From assembly GCA_034189755.1 (NCBI GenBank), contig JAXIHJ010000104.1:1-40533 (forward strand): DNA of 40,533 bases. The letters are read 5' to 3'. The notes beneath the pieces were generated by a model that had not been told where the DNA came from, made no database searches, and saw only the letters and a list, made by a program, of their open reading frames with translations. A program made the translations under genes and the position numbers. Source of the DNA: Planctomycetota bacterium. GTDB taxonomy: Bacteria > Planctomycetota > Phycisphaerae > SM23-33. Positions 31,737-40,533 of this stretch are shown here, piece after piece; position 1 is the stretch's first letter, and each line of letters begins with the position of its first letter.

Positions 31737-32699
31737 TCAAAGCATACCACAGTCCTTATACCACCGTACACTTTCCTCGATAGACTGTTTCAGGTTGTAT
31801 TGCGGACGGTAACCGAACGTCTTTTGGGCTTTCTCGATGCTGTAAATGAAGTTTTTCGTCATTGTGCGGACACGAGAAGGATACAAAGGCAACTTGACAC
31901 CGGTGCATTTTGAAATGCCCGCCATGGGATAGGCCACCATCATCGCCAACCATCGAGGCAATCGTATCGGCCAGAGTTTTGTCCCCAGACTGCGGGCGAC
32001 ATGCCGAGCTATCTCCGCGATGGTGTAAGGTCGCTCGTCATTGACGAAAAAGATTTGTCCGGCGGCTTGTGGGCATAGCGAGGCGTCGTACGTCGCCCGT
32101 GTGAGATTTTTTACATACACGAAGCTTTGACGTACATCCGGTCCAATCAGAAAGAACTGCCGTTTTCGAATGGCCCGCATGAAATGGTACATGGTGGAGC
32201 AGTCCCTCGGGCCGAAGACCATCGTTGGGCGGATAATCGTGTATTCCAGGCCGGCCTGCTGCACGATCCTTTCTCCTTCGCGCTTCGACCTGCCGTAGAA
32301 GGTGTCATTTTCCGCCTCGGCGTCTTCGAGAATCGGCTCCGGCAGCCCGGTGGTGGCTGCGGCGAGCATGGAGCTGAAGAATACGAACCTGCCGACGCCG
32401 CGAACCTTGGCTGCGGCAACGACGTTCCGTGTCCCGAGGATGTTGGTTTCGTAGTCCTGAAGGGACTCACCGTCCAGGTCGGTGCGCGCAGCCAGGTGAT
32501 ATACTACATCCGCCTGCTGCATTACGGCTTCTACCTCTTCGTGCCGGCGGATATCGGCGGTGCAAATGTCGGCGCTGTCGTCCCGGGGGCCTGAGCGGCC
32601 CGGCTGAAGCAAAACGGTTACGTCATGGCCTTCGGCGATCAGAAGGTCCACCAAATGGCTGCCTATGAATCCGCCGCCTCCGGTGACGAACATCCGCAT
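31737..32699 (-). CDS. NAD-dependent epimerase/dehydratase (extended SDR)
   Basis: '[15 protein letters not shown]' and a YxxxK-type core ('YGRSK'). Confidence 0.85.
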   Translation of the reverse strand: MRMFVTGGGGFIGSHLVDLLIAEGHDVTVLLQPGRSGPRDDSADICTADIRRHEEVEAVMQQADVVYHLAARTDLDGESLQDYETNILGTRNVVAAAKVRGVGRFVFFSSMLAAATTGLPEPILEDAEAENDTFYGRSKREGERIVQQAGLEYTIIRPTMVFGPRDCSTMYHFMRAIRKRQFFLIGPDVRQSFVYVKNLTRATYDASLCPQAAGQIFFVNDERPYTIAEIARHVARSLGTKLWPIRLPRWLAMMVAYPMAGISKCTGVKLPLYPSRVRTMTKNFIYSIEKAQKTFGYRPQYNLKQSIEESVRWYKDCGML

Positions 32700-32767
32700 A
32701 TTTAATGCTCTCCTTTTACCGCGGCATATTTGCCTTAGAATGTGTATGAGAACCCACTGTCAGTGTG

Positions 32768-32871
32768 GCATGGGCGTCTCGCCCATGCGTCGCAGGGCCG
32801 GCCCGGCCCTGCTTTCCGGGTTGTTTCTGCGGACAAGATGGCCGCAGGACGCACGGGCAAGATGCCCGTGC
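32768..32871. repeat. Cluster of three GC-rich hairpins (REP-like)
   Basis: gcatgggcg-tct-cgcccatgc (32768-32788), ctgcgg-acaagatgg-ccgcag (32827-32847) and gcacgggca-aga-tgcccgtgc (32851-32871). The last two share a caagatg centre. Confidence 0.6.
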
Positions 32872-32889
32872 CACTTTTCATACACGTTC

Positions 32890-34545
32890 TTACAAATAGC
32901 CCAGCCCTTTTAGTCGTTCTTCCACGATGGCTTTTTCTTCCTCACTGAAAACTTCTTGGTCATCGCCGTCGTCGGCGCCACCGGAACGTCTGCCGGGTAT
33001 TTCGACGTCGTCGGTCAGCATTTCCGTCAAGACCCTTCCGTCGAAGCATTCAGGGATTTCGCAGCCGGTCAGGGCCAATATGGTCGCCGGCACGTCGGCG
33101 ATGTCAGCCTGCGGCAGCTCGGGGCAGCGGCGGATGTGAGGGCCCATGGCCATCAGTAAACCGTTTCGTGTATGTTGGCCTGAGTGGTATAAGCTAGTCG
33201 GCTCCAGGCCATCCAGCGAATAGAAGATATCCTCGTTTTCCACCTCGGGGTTCAAGCGGGTGTCGTAATGTTTGACTTCCTGTTCCATCACTACGTCCGG
33301 CAGCCGCTTCACGTACGGCCCGGACCATATTTCCTCGCGGCGATGGACTTTGGAAGCTATAGGCCGGTTGGTGTCGGGGTCGGTCAGATTTGAGAGGATA
33401 TCGATAAGCCGGTCTCGAACGGCTTCGTATTCCGCTCCGGGTTCGACGATGCCCTGCGGCTGGCGGCCCTTGAGGTTTACGAACAGCCCGGCCGCTTCGC
33501 CGACCGGATAAGCCTGCGTCCGGCTGAAGTCGATTCCGCCGCAGGCGACCGAGCTGGCGGCCCGGCTCGTCGTAGCGGCCAGCCTGGTCTTTGCCCAACT
33601 CTTCAACGACGTCGGGGCCGACCGTGCAACAGTATTAATGGTCCGGCGGATGGTTCGCCGCAGCAGGCCGGACCGAATTTTCGTGAGTAAACCATGCTGC
33701 AACAGCAAATTACGCATGTTGATGCCGCCGGATCGCGGCCCGGAGCCGTGATCCGAGAGGATAAATACGTCGGTGTCGTCGCCGGCAACGTCCACCAAGG
33801 CGCCGATAGCTTCGTCGATTTTCGAGTAAGCGGCAAAAATTGACTCGCCGAGGAGTTTTTCCGTTTCGGACGTGTGCCTGCCGGCACGATTGAGTTCGAG
33901 GTATCGCCAGAAGTAATGGCAGAGGCGGTCCGTGATGGTGAACACCACGCAAAACAGAGGTGGGCGGTGTTTTCGGTACAGGGCGACGGCGGCTTGTTGC
34001 CGTGTCTTTATGCAGGCCAGGCTCCGTTGCAGGAAAAGCAATCTGACATCCCGGCCGCTTGTGTTCGCAACGTTCGCGTCGATAGCGTAATCGGGGCAGG
34101 CCTCCATCAGCTCGTCGAACAGCTCCGGCGGACTGGTCATTTTACGGTTGGGACTCGGAGACAGTACGCCTGAAACGATAAAGCCGTTGTACGGCCGAGG
34201 TGGATAGGTAACCGGCACGTTGATTATGCCGCCACGAATGCCCGCCTGCCCGGCAATTTCCCAGAATGTTGCGCCGTGTCGATGCCGTGCATTGACGAAA
34301 CGGGCCTCGTATCGGTCCGGCTCCAGTTGACAAAAGTCTATGATGCCGTGTTTGCCGGGGTTCAGCCCCGTTGCAAACGTGCTCCAGGCGGCAGCCGAAA
34401 CCATCGGCACGGTGGAACGAAGTGGACAGGCTGCGTTTTCCAGAAAACGCTGAAAGTTGGGCAGGCGTCCCTCGCCCGCCCAAGGCCGGACCAGGTCCAG
34501 CGTCGCCGCATCCACGCCGATGACCATTACCTTTCGTTGCAGCAT
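32890..34545 (-). CDS. Alkaline phosphatase superfamily protein (nucleotide pyrophosphatase/phosphodiesterase-like)
   Basis: '[14 protein letters not shown]...[26 protein letters not shown]' and 'FILSDHG'. Confidence 0.8.
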   Translation of the reverse strand: MLQRKVMVIGVDAATLDLVRPWAGEGRLPNFQRFLENAACPLRSTVPMVSAAAWSTFATGLNPGKHGIIDFCQLEPDRYEARFVNARHRHGATFWEIAGQAGIRGGIINVPVTYPPRPYNGFIVSGVLSPSPNRKMTSPPELFDELMEACPDYAIDANVANTSGRDVRLLFLQRSLACIKTRQQAAVALYRKHRPPLFCVVFTITDRLCHYFWRYLELNRAGRHTSETEKLLGESIFAAYSKIDEAIGALVDVAGDDTDVFILSDHGSGPRSGGINMRNLLLQHGLLTKIRSGLLRRTIRRTINTVARSAPTSLKSWAKTRLAATTSRAASSVACGGIDFSRTQAYPVGEAAGLFVNLKGRQPQGIVEPGAEYEAVRDRLIDILSNLTDPDTNRPIASKVHRREEIWSGPYVKRLPDVVMEQEVKHYDTRLNPEVENEDIFYSLDGLEPTSLYHSGQHTRNGLLMAMGPHIRRCPELPQADIADVPATILALTGCEIPECFDGRVLTEMLTDDVEIPGRRSGGADDGDDQEVFSEEEKAIVEERLKGLGYL

Positions 34546-34558
34546 AATCTAAATCCTT

Positions 34559-35557
34559 ATGGCAAAAATTAGGCGTAAAACGCAGCACACTATAACAGAA
34601 TGTCTCGCGACACAAAAGGACTCGAACTGCTTGTTTTCCGGGTTGAAGGACAGTATATTTGTTGGTGTGTGTGCGTACGTACCAACCGGCCTGAAGGACC
34701 GCCCGATCGCCGTATTTGATTCCGGCCTGGGAGGACTTACCGTGGTACACGAGCTGAGCCGGCTGCTGCCCGGCGAGGATATCGTGTACCTCGGCGACAG
34801 CGCGCGGGTTCCCTACGGCATTAAATCGCTGGCTACGGTCAGGCGGTTCGCGCTGGAAGATGCCGCATTTGTGCTTGAGTTTTCGCCCAAGATGCTGGTC
34901 GTAGCGTGCAACACGGCGTCTGCGGCGGCCATTGAAGACCTGGAAGCAAGCTGCCCGGTGCCCGTTGTGGATGTCATCCGGCCTGGTGTAGCAGCGGCGC
35001 TGGAACAAACCGATGGCCCCATAGGTGTCATTGGCACCGAGTCCACCATCGCTTCGGGAGCGTATCAGCGGGCTATCAGCGCCATTGACCCGTCGCGCCG
35101 GGTGCATACGGCTGCCTGCCCGCTGCTTGTGCCGATTGTGGAAGAAGGGCGCGACCGGAACGACCCGGTCGTCCTGGCCGTGCTCGTTGATTATCTCCGC
35201 CAGTTGCAGCGAAGCCGGCTTGGAGCGTTGATACTGGGCTGTACGCACTATCCGCTTTTGGCCGAGCCGATTGGCAAGTTGATGGGGCCGGACGTAACGC
35301 TGGTCAGTTCGGCTCAGGCCGCCGCACGCGAGGTCCAGCGGCAGTTCGGCCTGGCCGACTTGCAGGCCGAGGCGCCATGCGGCGGACGACTCAGGTGCTT
35401 TACAACCGACGACCCGCAGCGGTTCGCACAGCTGGGCGAGCGGTTCGGAGGCAGGAAAATCAACGAGGTGCGGACCGTTGGCACCGATGAGCTGGAAGCG
35501 GCGCCGGCCGACCGGGCGGAACCCATACGTGTGCCTGCGGAGGAACGGACGGAATGA
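34559..35557 (+). CDS. murI: Glutamate racemase
   Basis: 'IAVFDSGLGGLTV', 'YLGDSARVPYG', 'VVACNTAS' and 'LGCTHYPLL'. The start is uncertain: the ATG at 34559 lies only 13 nt from the divergent gene, and an in-frame GTG at 34667 gives a more typical N-terminus. Confidence 0.85.
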   Translation: MAKIRRKTQHTITECLATQKDSNCLFSGLKDSIFVGVCAYVPTGLKDRPIAVFDSGLGGLTVVHELSRLLPGEDIVYLGDSARVPYGIKSLATVRRFALEDAAFVLEFSPKMLVVACNTASAAAIEDLEASCPVPVVDVIRPGVAAALEQTDGPIGVIGTESTIASGAYQRAISAIDPSRRVHTAACPLLVPIVEEGRDRNDPVVLAVLVDYLRQLQRSRLGALILGCTHYPLLAEPIGKLMGPDVTLVSSAQAAAREVQRQFGLADLQAEAPCGGRLRCFTTDDPQRFAQLGERFGGRKINEVRTVGTDELEAAPADRAEPIRVPAEERTE

Positions 35558-35563
35558 GAACCT

Positions 35564-36394
35564 ATGTGTCGATTCAGTAACATAATACTACTTGTCTTGA
35601 GCATTTTTATGGTCTGTCCGGCCGGCTGTTCGAAGCTGGCTAGGCCGTCGCCCAAGCAGCAGGTGGAAATGACGCTCGACGCCGACGACGCCGACCAGCG
35701 GCGAGAAGGCATCGTGAGGCTCTCAAGCAGGAAGTGGGGCCTCAAGGAACCCTATCTGAAGTACTATGCAATGGTGTTGAATACGGATGCGGATTCTCTG
35801 GTCCGCTGTGCCGCTGTTAGCGCCCTCGGCCGGGCCGGCGACCGAAAGTATCTCAGGGACATAATCGCTGCGATGTCGGATAAATCGTTCGCAGTGCGAT
35901 GGGACGCAGCCGTGGCGCTGGACAATGTAACCGGCGAAGCCGCAGTCGAACCGCTTCGCCGAGCCGCCATACACGATGATTCGACGGATGTCCGGATGTG
36001 TTCGGCCAGGGCGCTTCGGCATTACAACAGGCCTGAAGTAATCCGGACGCTGGTAGGCTGCCTTTCTGACCCGGCGTTCGGCGTGAGGCATCAGGCCCGG
36101 GCCTCGCTCGTGCAGATAACAGGCCGCGACATGGGCGCCGAGCCGCGCAGTTGGGCCGGGGCAGCCGATGGCAAGCTTCCGCCGCCTCCGCCTATCGAGC
36201 CGAAACGCCGCTGGTGGCGTCGGTCCCGCAGGGCCAGGCCAAGCGAGCCGGCTACCCAGCCGACGCAGCCTGCGACCATGCCCGCCACCAAGGCCAGGCG
36301 ACCTTGGTGGGACTGGATGGGCGTAACGAAAAAGCACGAAGCGACGAGTCAGAAGGGCCAGGATATCAAGGTGCCGGTTGATGCCCGAAAGTAA
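35564..36394 (+). CDS. HEAT-repeat lipoprotein with a Pro/Arg-rich tail
   Basis: Lipobox-like 'FMVCPAGC'. Repeated 'D..VR..A..ALG' HEAT units. Confidence 0.6.
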   Translation: MCRFSNIILLVLSIFMVCPAGCSKLARPSPKQQVEMTLDADDADQRREGIVRLSSRKWGLKEPYLKYYAMVLNTDADSLVRCAAVSALGRAGDRKYLRDIIAAMSDKSFAVRWDAAVALDNVTGEAAVEPLRRAAIHDDSTDVRMCSARALRHYNRPEVIRTLVGCLSDPAFGVRHQARASLVQITGRDMGAEPRSWAGAADGKLPPPPPIEPKRRWWRRSRRARPSEPATQPTQPATMPATKARRPWWDWMGVTKKHEATSQKGQDIKVPVDARK

Positions 36395-37151
36395 TGAGCA
36401 GAATAACAAACCCTTTTATTTCACGACGCTGCCCAACGGCTGGGTCGTCGGCCGGTTTCGGGCATTGGAGGCCATGGCGGGTCTTATCCATGCCGTCACG
36501 ACGCGCAACGGGCCGGACCCGGCTGCAACGGCGCGGAATGTCTCCGCGCCGGTAGGCCAACTGGCCGACGCGCTGGATTTGACCCAGATCGCGTTTTGCA
36601 GGCAGGTGCACGGCAATGTAATACTCCCGGCCGAGCGACCAGGCCCGACCGGTGAGGCCGACGGGCTTGTAACCAATGTCCCATCGCTGGGACTGATGGG
36701 GTGCAGCGCCGACTGCCCCTTGATTCTGGCCGCTGATCCGGTAACCGGGGCCGTCGGCATGGCTCATGCCTCGTGGCGAGGGACCGTCAGGCAAATCGCT
36801 GCGGAGTTGATCCTCCAGCTCGTCACGCGGTTTTCGGTAAATACCAACGACATCGTCATATGCATATGCCCGTCAGCGGGTGTGTGCTGCTACGAGGTGG
36901 GCCAGGAGATTCGCCAGGCCGCTGTGGACGGTATCGGCCCGTACGCTGAGAAATTTTTCCAGCAGCGAGACGAGAAACTGTACTTTGACCTATGGGCGGC
37001 CAATACCGAGCAACTTATCCGCAGCGGCGTTCGGACTGAGAACATTCACGTCGCCGGCGTATGCACCATCTGCCGGAACGATCTATTCCCCAGCCGGCGC
37101 GCCGATGGAGAAGCCGCCGGCCGGTTCGTAGCCGTTGTCGTACAACGATAG
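36381..37151 (+). CDS. pgeF: Peptidoglycan editing factor PgeF / YfiH (DUF152 laccase-domain) family
   Basis: 'CRQVHG', 'ADGLVT', 'CADCPLIL', 'GMAHASWRG' and 'DLWAAN'. Confidence 0.8.
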   Translation: MPESNEQNNKPFYFTTLPNGWVVGRFRALEAMAGLIHAVTTRNGPDPAATARNVSAPVGQLADALDLTQIAFCRQVHGNVILPAERPGPTGEADGLVTNVPSLGLMGCSADCPLILAADPVTGAVGMAHASWRGTVRQIAAELILQLVTRFSVNTNDIVICICPSAGVCCYEVGQEIRQAAVDGIGPYAEKFFQQRDEKLYFDLWAANTEQLIRSGVRTENIHVAGVCTICRNDLFPSRRADGEAAGRFVAVVVQR

Positions 37152-37156
37152 CGTGC

Positions 37157-37567
37157 CTAAGGCACCCGCATGAAATCAGGAATGGGGATAATCTGCCCTT
37201 CGCCGCTGACGCAGGCGAGCGTGGTTTCGGCGGTGGCCAGCAGCTCCGGCTCGCCGGAATTGTTGACGCGCCTCAGTTCGTAGGCGTGGTTTATCTTCGC
37301 CTGGCCTATCTTTACCACGCGGCTTGTCAGGCGCAACACGTCGTCGTAACGGGCCGGGGCGGAAAACCTCGCAGAACAACGGGCCACCACGAAAAACACC
37401 CCCCTGGCCTCCAACTCGCGGTAGACCGCACCGTTTTGGCGAAGCAGCTCGGTCCGGCCCATCTCGAAGTATTCCCAATACCGGCTGTGATGAAGTACGC
37501 CCATCCGGTCCACTTCGGCGTAGCGGACGCGAATCTCCAGATCGCATGATTGGACGGGGGTTTGCAT
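37157..37567 (-). CDS. YbgC/4HBT-family acyl-CoA thioesterase (hotdog fold)
   Basis: 'IRVRYAEVDRMGVLHHSRYWEYFEMGRTELLR'. The start is set at Met70 of the long ORF (37567). Confidence 0.8.
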   Translation of the reverse strand: MQTPVQSCDLEIRVRYAEVDRMGVLHHSRYWEYFEMGRTELLRQNGAVYRELEARGVFFVVARCSARFSAPARYDDVLRLTSRVVKIGQAKINHAYELRRVNNSGEPELLATAETTLACVSGEGQIIPIPDFMRVP

Positions 37568-37735
37568 CGGGTCTGAGTATATGATATCGCCCGCTGATTG
37601 TAAACGCCGCACCCAGCATCGGAAAAGGGCTTGAAATACTGACGGATGTCTATAGGATGGGCCTCTGTTTTGATGGTGCAGTGGTGGTTTCAGGTGGCCG
37701 TAAGTGCCGAAACGAAAGGAATAAGTGATCGCAGC

Positions 37736-37918
37736 ATGATTAAAGTTAAATCCCGTGGCAACGAGTCCATACATCAGATGATTCGCCGCTTCAATAAGTT
37801 ATGTGAAAAAGAAGGCTTGACCAGGGACGTCAAGCGGAACAGCTATTACGAGAAGCCCTCTGAGCGCCGTCGTCGTCGTATGCGGAAGAGCATCAAGCGG
37901 TCTATTTTGGGCGGATAA
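37736..37918 (+). CDS. rpsU: 30S ribosomal protein S21
   Basis: 'MIKVKSRGNESIHQMIRRFNKLCEKEGLTRDVKRNSYYEKPSERRRRRMRKSIKR' with an aaagga SD. Confidence 0.9.
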   Translation: MIKVKSRGNESIHQMIRRFNKLCEKEGLTRDVKRNSYYEKPSERRRRRMRKSIKRSILGG

Positions 37919-37936
37919 TAATTCGTAACTCGTAAT

Positions 37937-37964
37937 CCCTGCCTGCCTCCGGCAGGTAGGCAGG
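37937..37964 (+). terminator. Imperfect GC-rich hairpin after rpsU (possible terminator, no U-tract)
   Basis: ccctgcctgcc-tcc-ggcaggtaggcagg, nested inside the aattcgtaa (37920-37928) / ttacgaatt (37990-37998) inverted repeat. Confidence 0.35.
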
Positions 37965-38069
37965 CGTAACCCGAAGAATGTCCAGCCATTTACGAATTGC
38001 TGGTTCTCCGGCGCCAGACGGCCTCCCCGCAGGAACTGAAGTTTCGTTACGGTATAAAGGAGTAGATAC

Positions 38070-40533
38070 ATGGGTAATCTGTTGCGAAGGCCAAAGCTCA
38101 ATAGCTTGCTCATCTGCCTGATTCTGTTCGGCGTGCTGGCCGTAGCTGCCGGCATGGCGCTTGCGCAGGACGTTGGCCAGGCCCCGTCGGCTGCGAAAAC
38201 GGTAACGCATATCCCGGCGATCTGGTGGATAGCCCCGGCCGGTGCGCTGATAGCATTGTTGTTCGCCTGGATATTCTACCGGCAGGTCTCCAGCGCCGAC
38301 GCCGGCGACGATAACATGAAACGAATCGCCGCTCACGTCCGCGACGGCGCCTATGCCTACCTCAAGCGCCAGTACAAGGTCGTGGCGGTGTTCTTTGTAG
38401 TGGTCTGCGCGATCCTGTACGTCATGGGGCGGATGGGCGTGCAGCACGAGATTGTCTTTGTAGCTTTTCTGACGGGTGGAATATTCTCCGGGTTGTGCGG
38501 TTTTTTGGGCATGAAAACTGCCACGATGGCCTCATCCCGCACCACCCAGGGCGCCAAGGAAGGCCTGAACCGCGGCCTGACGGTGGCCTTTAGGGCCGGC
38601 GCGGTCATGGGGCTGCTGGTCGTCGGCTTCGGGCTGCTGAACATCACGGCGTGGTTCCTGATCCTCACGAAGCTGGCGCCGGCTATGGGCTATTCCATGA
38701 GCCTTCTGGAGGTAACGGTCGTGCTGCTGACCTGCGGCATCGGCGCTTCAAGCCAGGCGCTGTTCGCCCGCGTCGGCGGCGGCATTTACACCAAGGCCGC
38801 CGACGTCGGCGCCGATTTGGTCGGCAAGGTAGAGGCCGGCATACCCGAAGACGACCCGCGCAACCCGGCAACGATAGCCGACAACGTCGGCGACAACGTC
38901 GGCGACGTCGCCGGCATGGGCGCCGACCTGTTCGAGAGCTACAGCAACTCGATACTCGCGGCGGCTTCGCTGGGCGTGGCGGCTGCGGCGGCGCTGGGAC
39001 TGGGCACGGCGGGGCAGGTTAAGCTGCTGGCTGCGCCGATGGCGCTGGCCGGCGTGGGCATCCTGCTGAGCATCATAGGCATCTTCCTGGTGCGCACCAG
39101 AGAAGAGGCCTCGATGAGGCAGCTGCTTGGCGCGCTTGGCAGGGGGGTCAACGGCTCAAGCGTGCTGATCGTGCTAGCTGCCCTGGGGTTGTGCTATTAT
39201 CTGCTGAAGGACGTTCCCGGCGTCAGTTATCTGGGCGTGTGGGGTTCGATTGTTTCCGGCCTAGTCGCCGGTGTACTAATCGGCAAGAGTACCGAGTACT
39301 ACACCAGCAGCGACTACAAGCCGACGCGTCAGATCGCCGTCCAGTCCGAGACTGGTCCGGCTACGGTAATCATTGGCGGCATCGCCGAGGGCATGAAGAG
39401 CACCTGGGCGTCGCTGCTGATCGTAATCGTGGCGATTATAGCTGCGTATGGCCTTTCCGGCGGGTTCTCGAACATGCCGATGGGTCTCTACGGCGTGGGC
39501 ATAGCCGCGGTGGGCATGTTGGCAACCCTCGGCATCACACTGGCCACCGACGCCTATGGGCCTATCGCCGACAACGCCGGCGGAAACGCCGAGATGACGC
39601 ATCAGCCGCCGGAGGTCCGCAAGCGGACCGACGCGCTGGATGCGCTGGGCAACACTACCGCCGCGACGGGCAAGGGCTTCGCCATCGGCTCGGCGGCGCT
39701 GACGGCCTTGGCATTGCTGGCTGCATACGTCGGGCAGGTACGCGTCGGTCTGGTGCGCCAGGCCGAGACCGCCATCGTCGCCAGCGACAAACCCGCTTAC
39801 CTGGGCGCCGGCAAGGTGGCGGCTGCGATCGACGGCAAGGTGGACATGCTGCTGATTATGTCAGGCCCGAAGGGCCATGAGCTGGCCATGGGCGAACTCA
39901 ATGCCCGAATCTCAAACCCGGGCGACGAAAACGCTCGCGTCTTGACCGTTGCAGACGCTGCCGGCGGGCATGCCTACCAGGTGGTTCCGGCCTCCAGTGC
40001 CGCGCTGCGGCAGTACATGGCCTTCTATGACGTAACGCTGATGAACCCGAAGGTGCTGTGCGGCCTGTTCGCCGGCGTGCTGCTGGTGTTTCTGTTCAGC
40101 GCGATGACGATGAAGGCCGTCGGCAGGGCCGCCAACGCCATGGTCAAGGAGGTCCGCAGGCAGTTCAGGGAAATCGCCGGCATCATGGAAGGTAAGACCG
40201 AGCCGGACTACGCCCGCTGCGTCGAAATTTCCACCGTCGGCGCGCAGAAGGAGATGGTCGTCCCGTCCCTGCTGGCGCTGATTGTACCCGTGGTGGCGGG
40301 CTTGCTGCTGGGCGTCGGCGGCGTGATGGGCCTGCTGACCGGCGGGCTGACGTGCGGCTTTGCGATGGCTATTTTCATGGCCAACGCCGGCGGGGCGTGG
40401 GACAACGCCAAGAAATGGATCGAGACCGGCGAGCTGGGCGGCAAAGGCTCCGACAATCACAAGGCCACCGTCGTAGGCGACACCGTGGGCGACCCGTTCA
40501 AAGATACCTCCGGGCCTAGTCTCAATATCCTCA
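38070..40533 (+). CDS. hppA: Membrane-integral pyrophosphate-energised cation pump (H+/Na+-PPase), 3' end beyond the window
   Basis: aaaggag SD. 'GGGIYTKAADVGADLVGKVE', 'DNVGDNVGDVAGMGADLFESY', 'GNTTAATGKGFAIGSAAL' and 'GDTVGDPFKDTSGPSLNIL'. The frame stays open from 38070 to the window end, which explains its absence from the ORF track. Confidence 0.9.
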   Translation, partial: MGNLLRRPKLNSLLICLILFGVLAVAAGMALAQDVGQAPSAAKTVTHIPAIWWIAPAGALIALLFAWIFYRQVSSADAGDDNMKRIAAHVRDGAYAYLKRQYKVVAVFFVVVCAILYVMGRMGVQHEIVFVAFLTGGIFSGLCGFLGMKTATMASSRTTQGAKEGLNRGLTVAFRAGAVMGLLVVGFGLLNITAWFLILTKLAPAMGYSMSLLEVTVVLLTCGIGASSQALFARVGGGIYTKAADVGADLVGKVEAGIPEDDPRNPATIADNVGDNVGDVAGMGADLFESYSNSILAAASLGVAAAAALGLGTAGQVKLLAAPMALAGVGILLSIIGIFLVRTREEASMRQLLGALGRGVNGSSVLIVLAALGLCYYLLKDVPGVSYLGVWGSIVSGLVAGVLIGKSTEYYTSSDYKPTRQIAVQSETGPATVIIGGIAEGMKSTWASLLIVIVAIIAAYGLSGGFSNMPMGLYGVGIAAVGMLATLGITLATDAYGPIADNAGGNAEMTHQPPEVRKRTDALDALGNTTAATGKGFAIGSAALTALALLAAYVGQVRVGLVRQAETAIVASDKPAYLGAGKVAAAIDGKVDMLLIMSGPKGHELAMGELNARISNPGDENARVLTVADAAGGHAYQVVPASSAALRQYMAFYDVTLMNPKVLCGLFAGVLLVFLFSAMTMKAVGRAANAMVKEVRRQFREIAGIMEGKTEPDYARCVEISTVGAQKEMVVPSLLALIVPVVAGLLLGVGGVMGLLTGGLTCGFAMAIFMANAGGAWDNAKKWIETGELGGKGSDNHKATVVGDTVGDPFKDTSGPSLNIL

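Noticed and set aside
9000-34600. The giant gene and secretion operon as a horizontally acquired mobile island.
   Set aside because: No integrase, transposase or flanking direct repeats were seen, and there is no obvious compositional break relative to neighbouring housekeeping genes. The nearest tRNA (7324-7397) is separated from the operon by two unrelated genes.
37568-37774. N-terminal 69-aa extension of the thioesterase ORF, and the 30-aa extension of the rpsU ORF (37646-37735).
   Set aside because: The hotdog-fold and S21 homology begin at internal Met codons. The extensions would overlap each other's promoter region and have no family similarity.

Overview
High-GC bacterial chromosomal window, probably a PVC/Planctomycetota-type genome (inference from gene content and an N-terminal 'ESLEQRLLL' motif). 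All product calls come from reading the translated ORFs for family motifs, since no searches could be run. Left to right: a histidine-less B12-binding-domain protein; a minus-strand etfB-etfA-FAD oxidase operon (lactate dehydrogenase/bifurcating Etf-like) interrupted by an inverted-repeat-bounded four-helix-bundle ('23S rRNA IVS protein') cassette carrying an in-frame TAG; Zn-ADH, SDR, tRNA-Arg(TCG), methyltransferase and polysaccharide deacetylase. The main find is a tightly packed plus-strand operon (9262-16714). It encodes a membrane-fusion protein, a DUF3467-like protein, a GAF-GAF-HlyD protein, a PqqD-like/M50 site-2-protease/HlyD fusion and a C-terminally truncated SecA paralog. It sits directly upstream of a 3566-aa giant ORF (16937-27637) with no classical signal peptide, propeller-like modules, PPC-like and LamG-like domains, beta-helix repeats and a C-terminal papain-fold cysteine peptidase. 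Downstream lie a convergent glycosylation cluster (GT2, DUF2304, GT-C-like, GT2, epimerase, AlkP-family), then murI, a HEAT lipoprotein, pgeF, a thioesterase, rpsU and a 3'-truncated hppA. Several AT-rich intergenic regions hold palindromic elements built from tandemly stuttered 7-11-nt words. No CRISPR array, transposase or integrase was seen.
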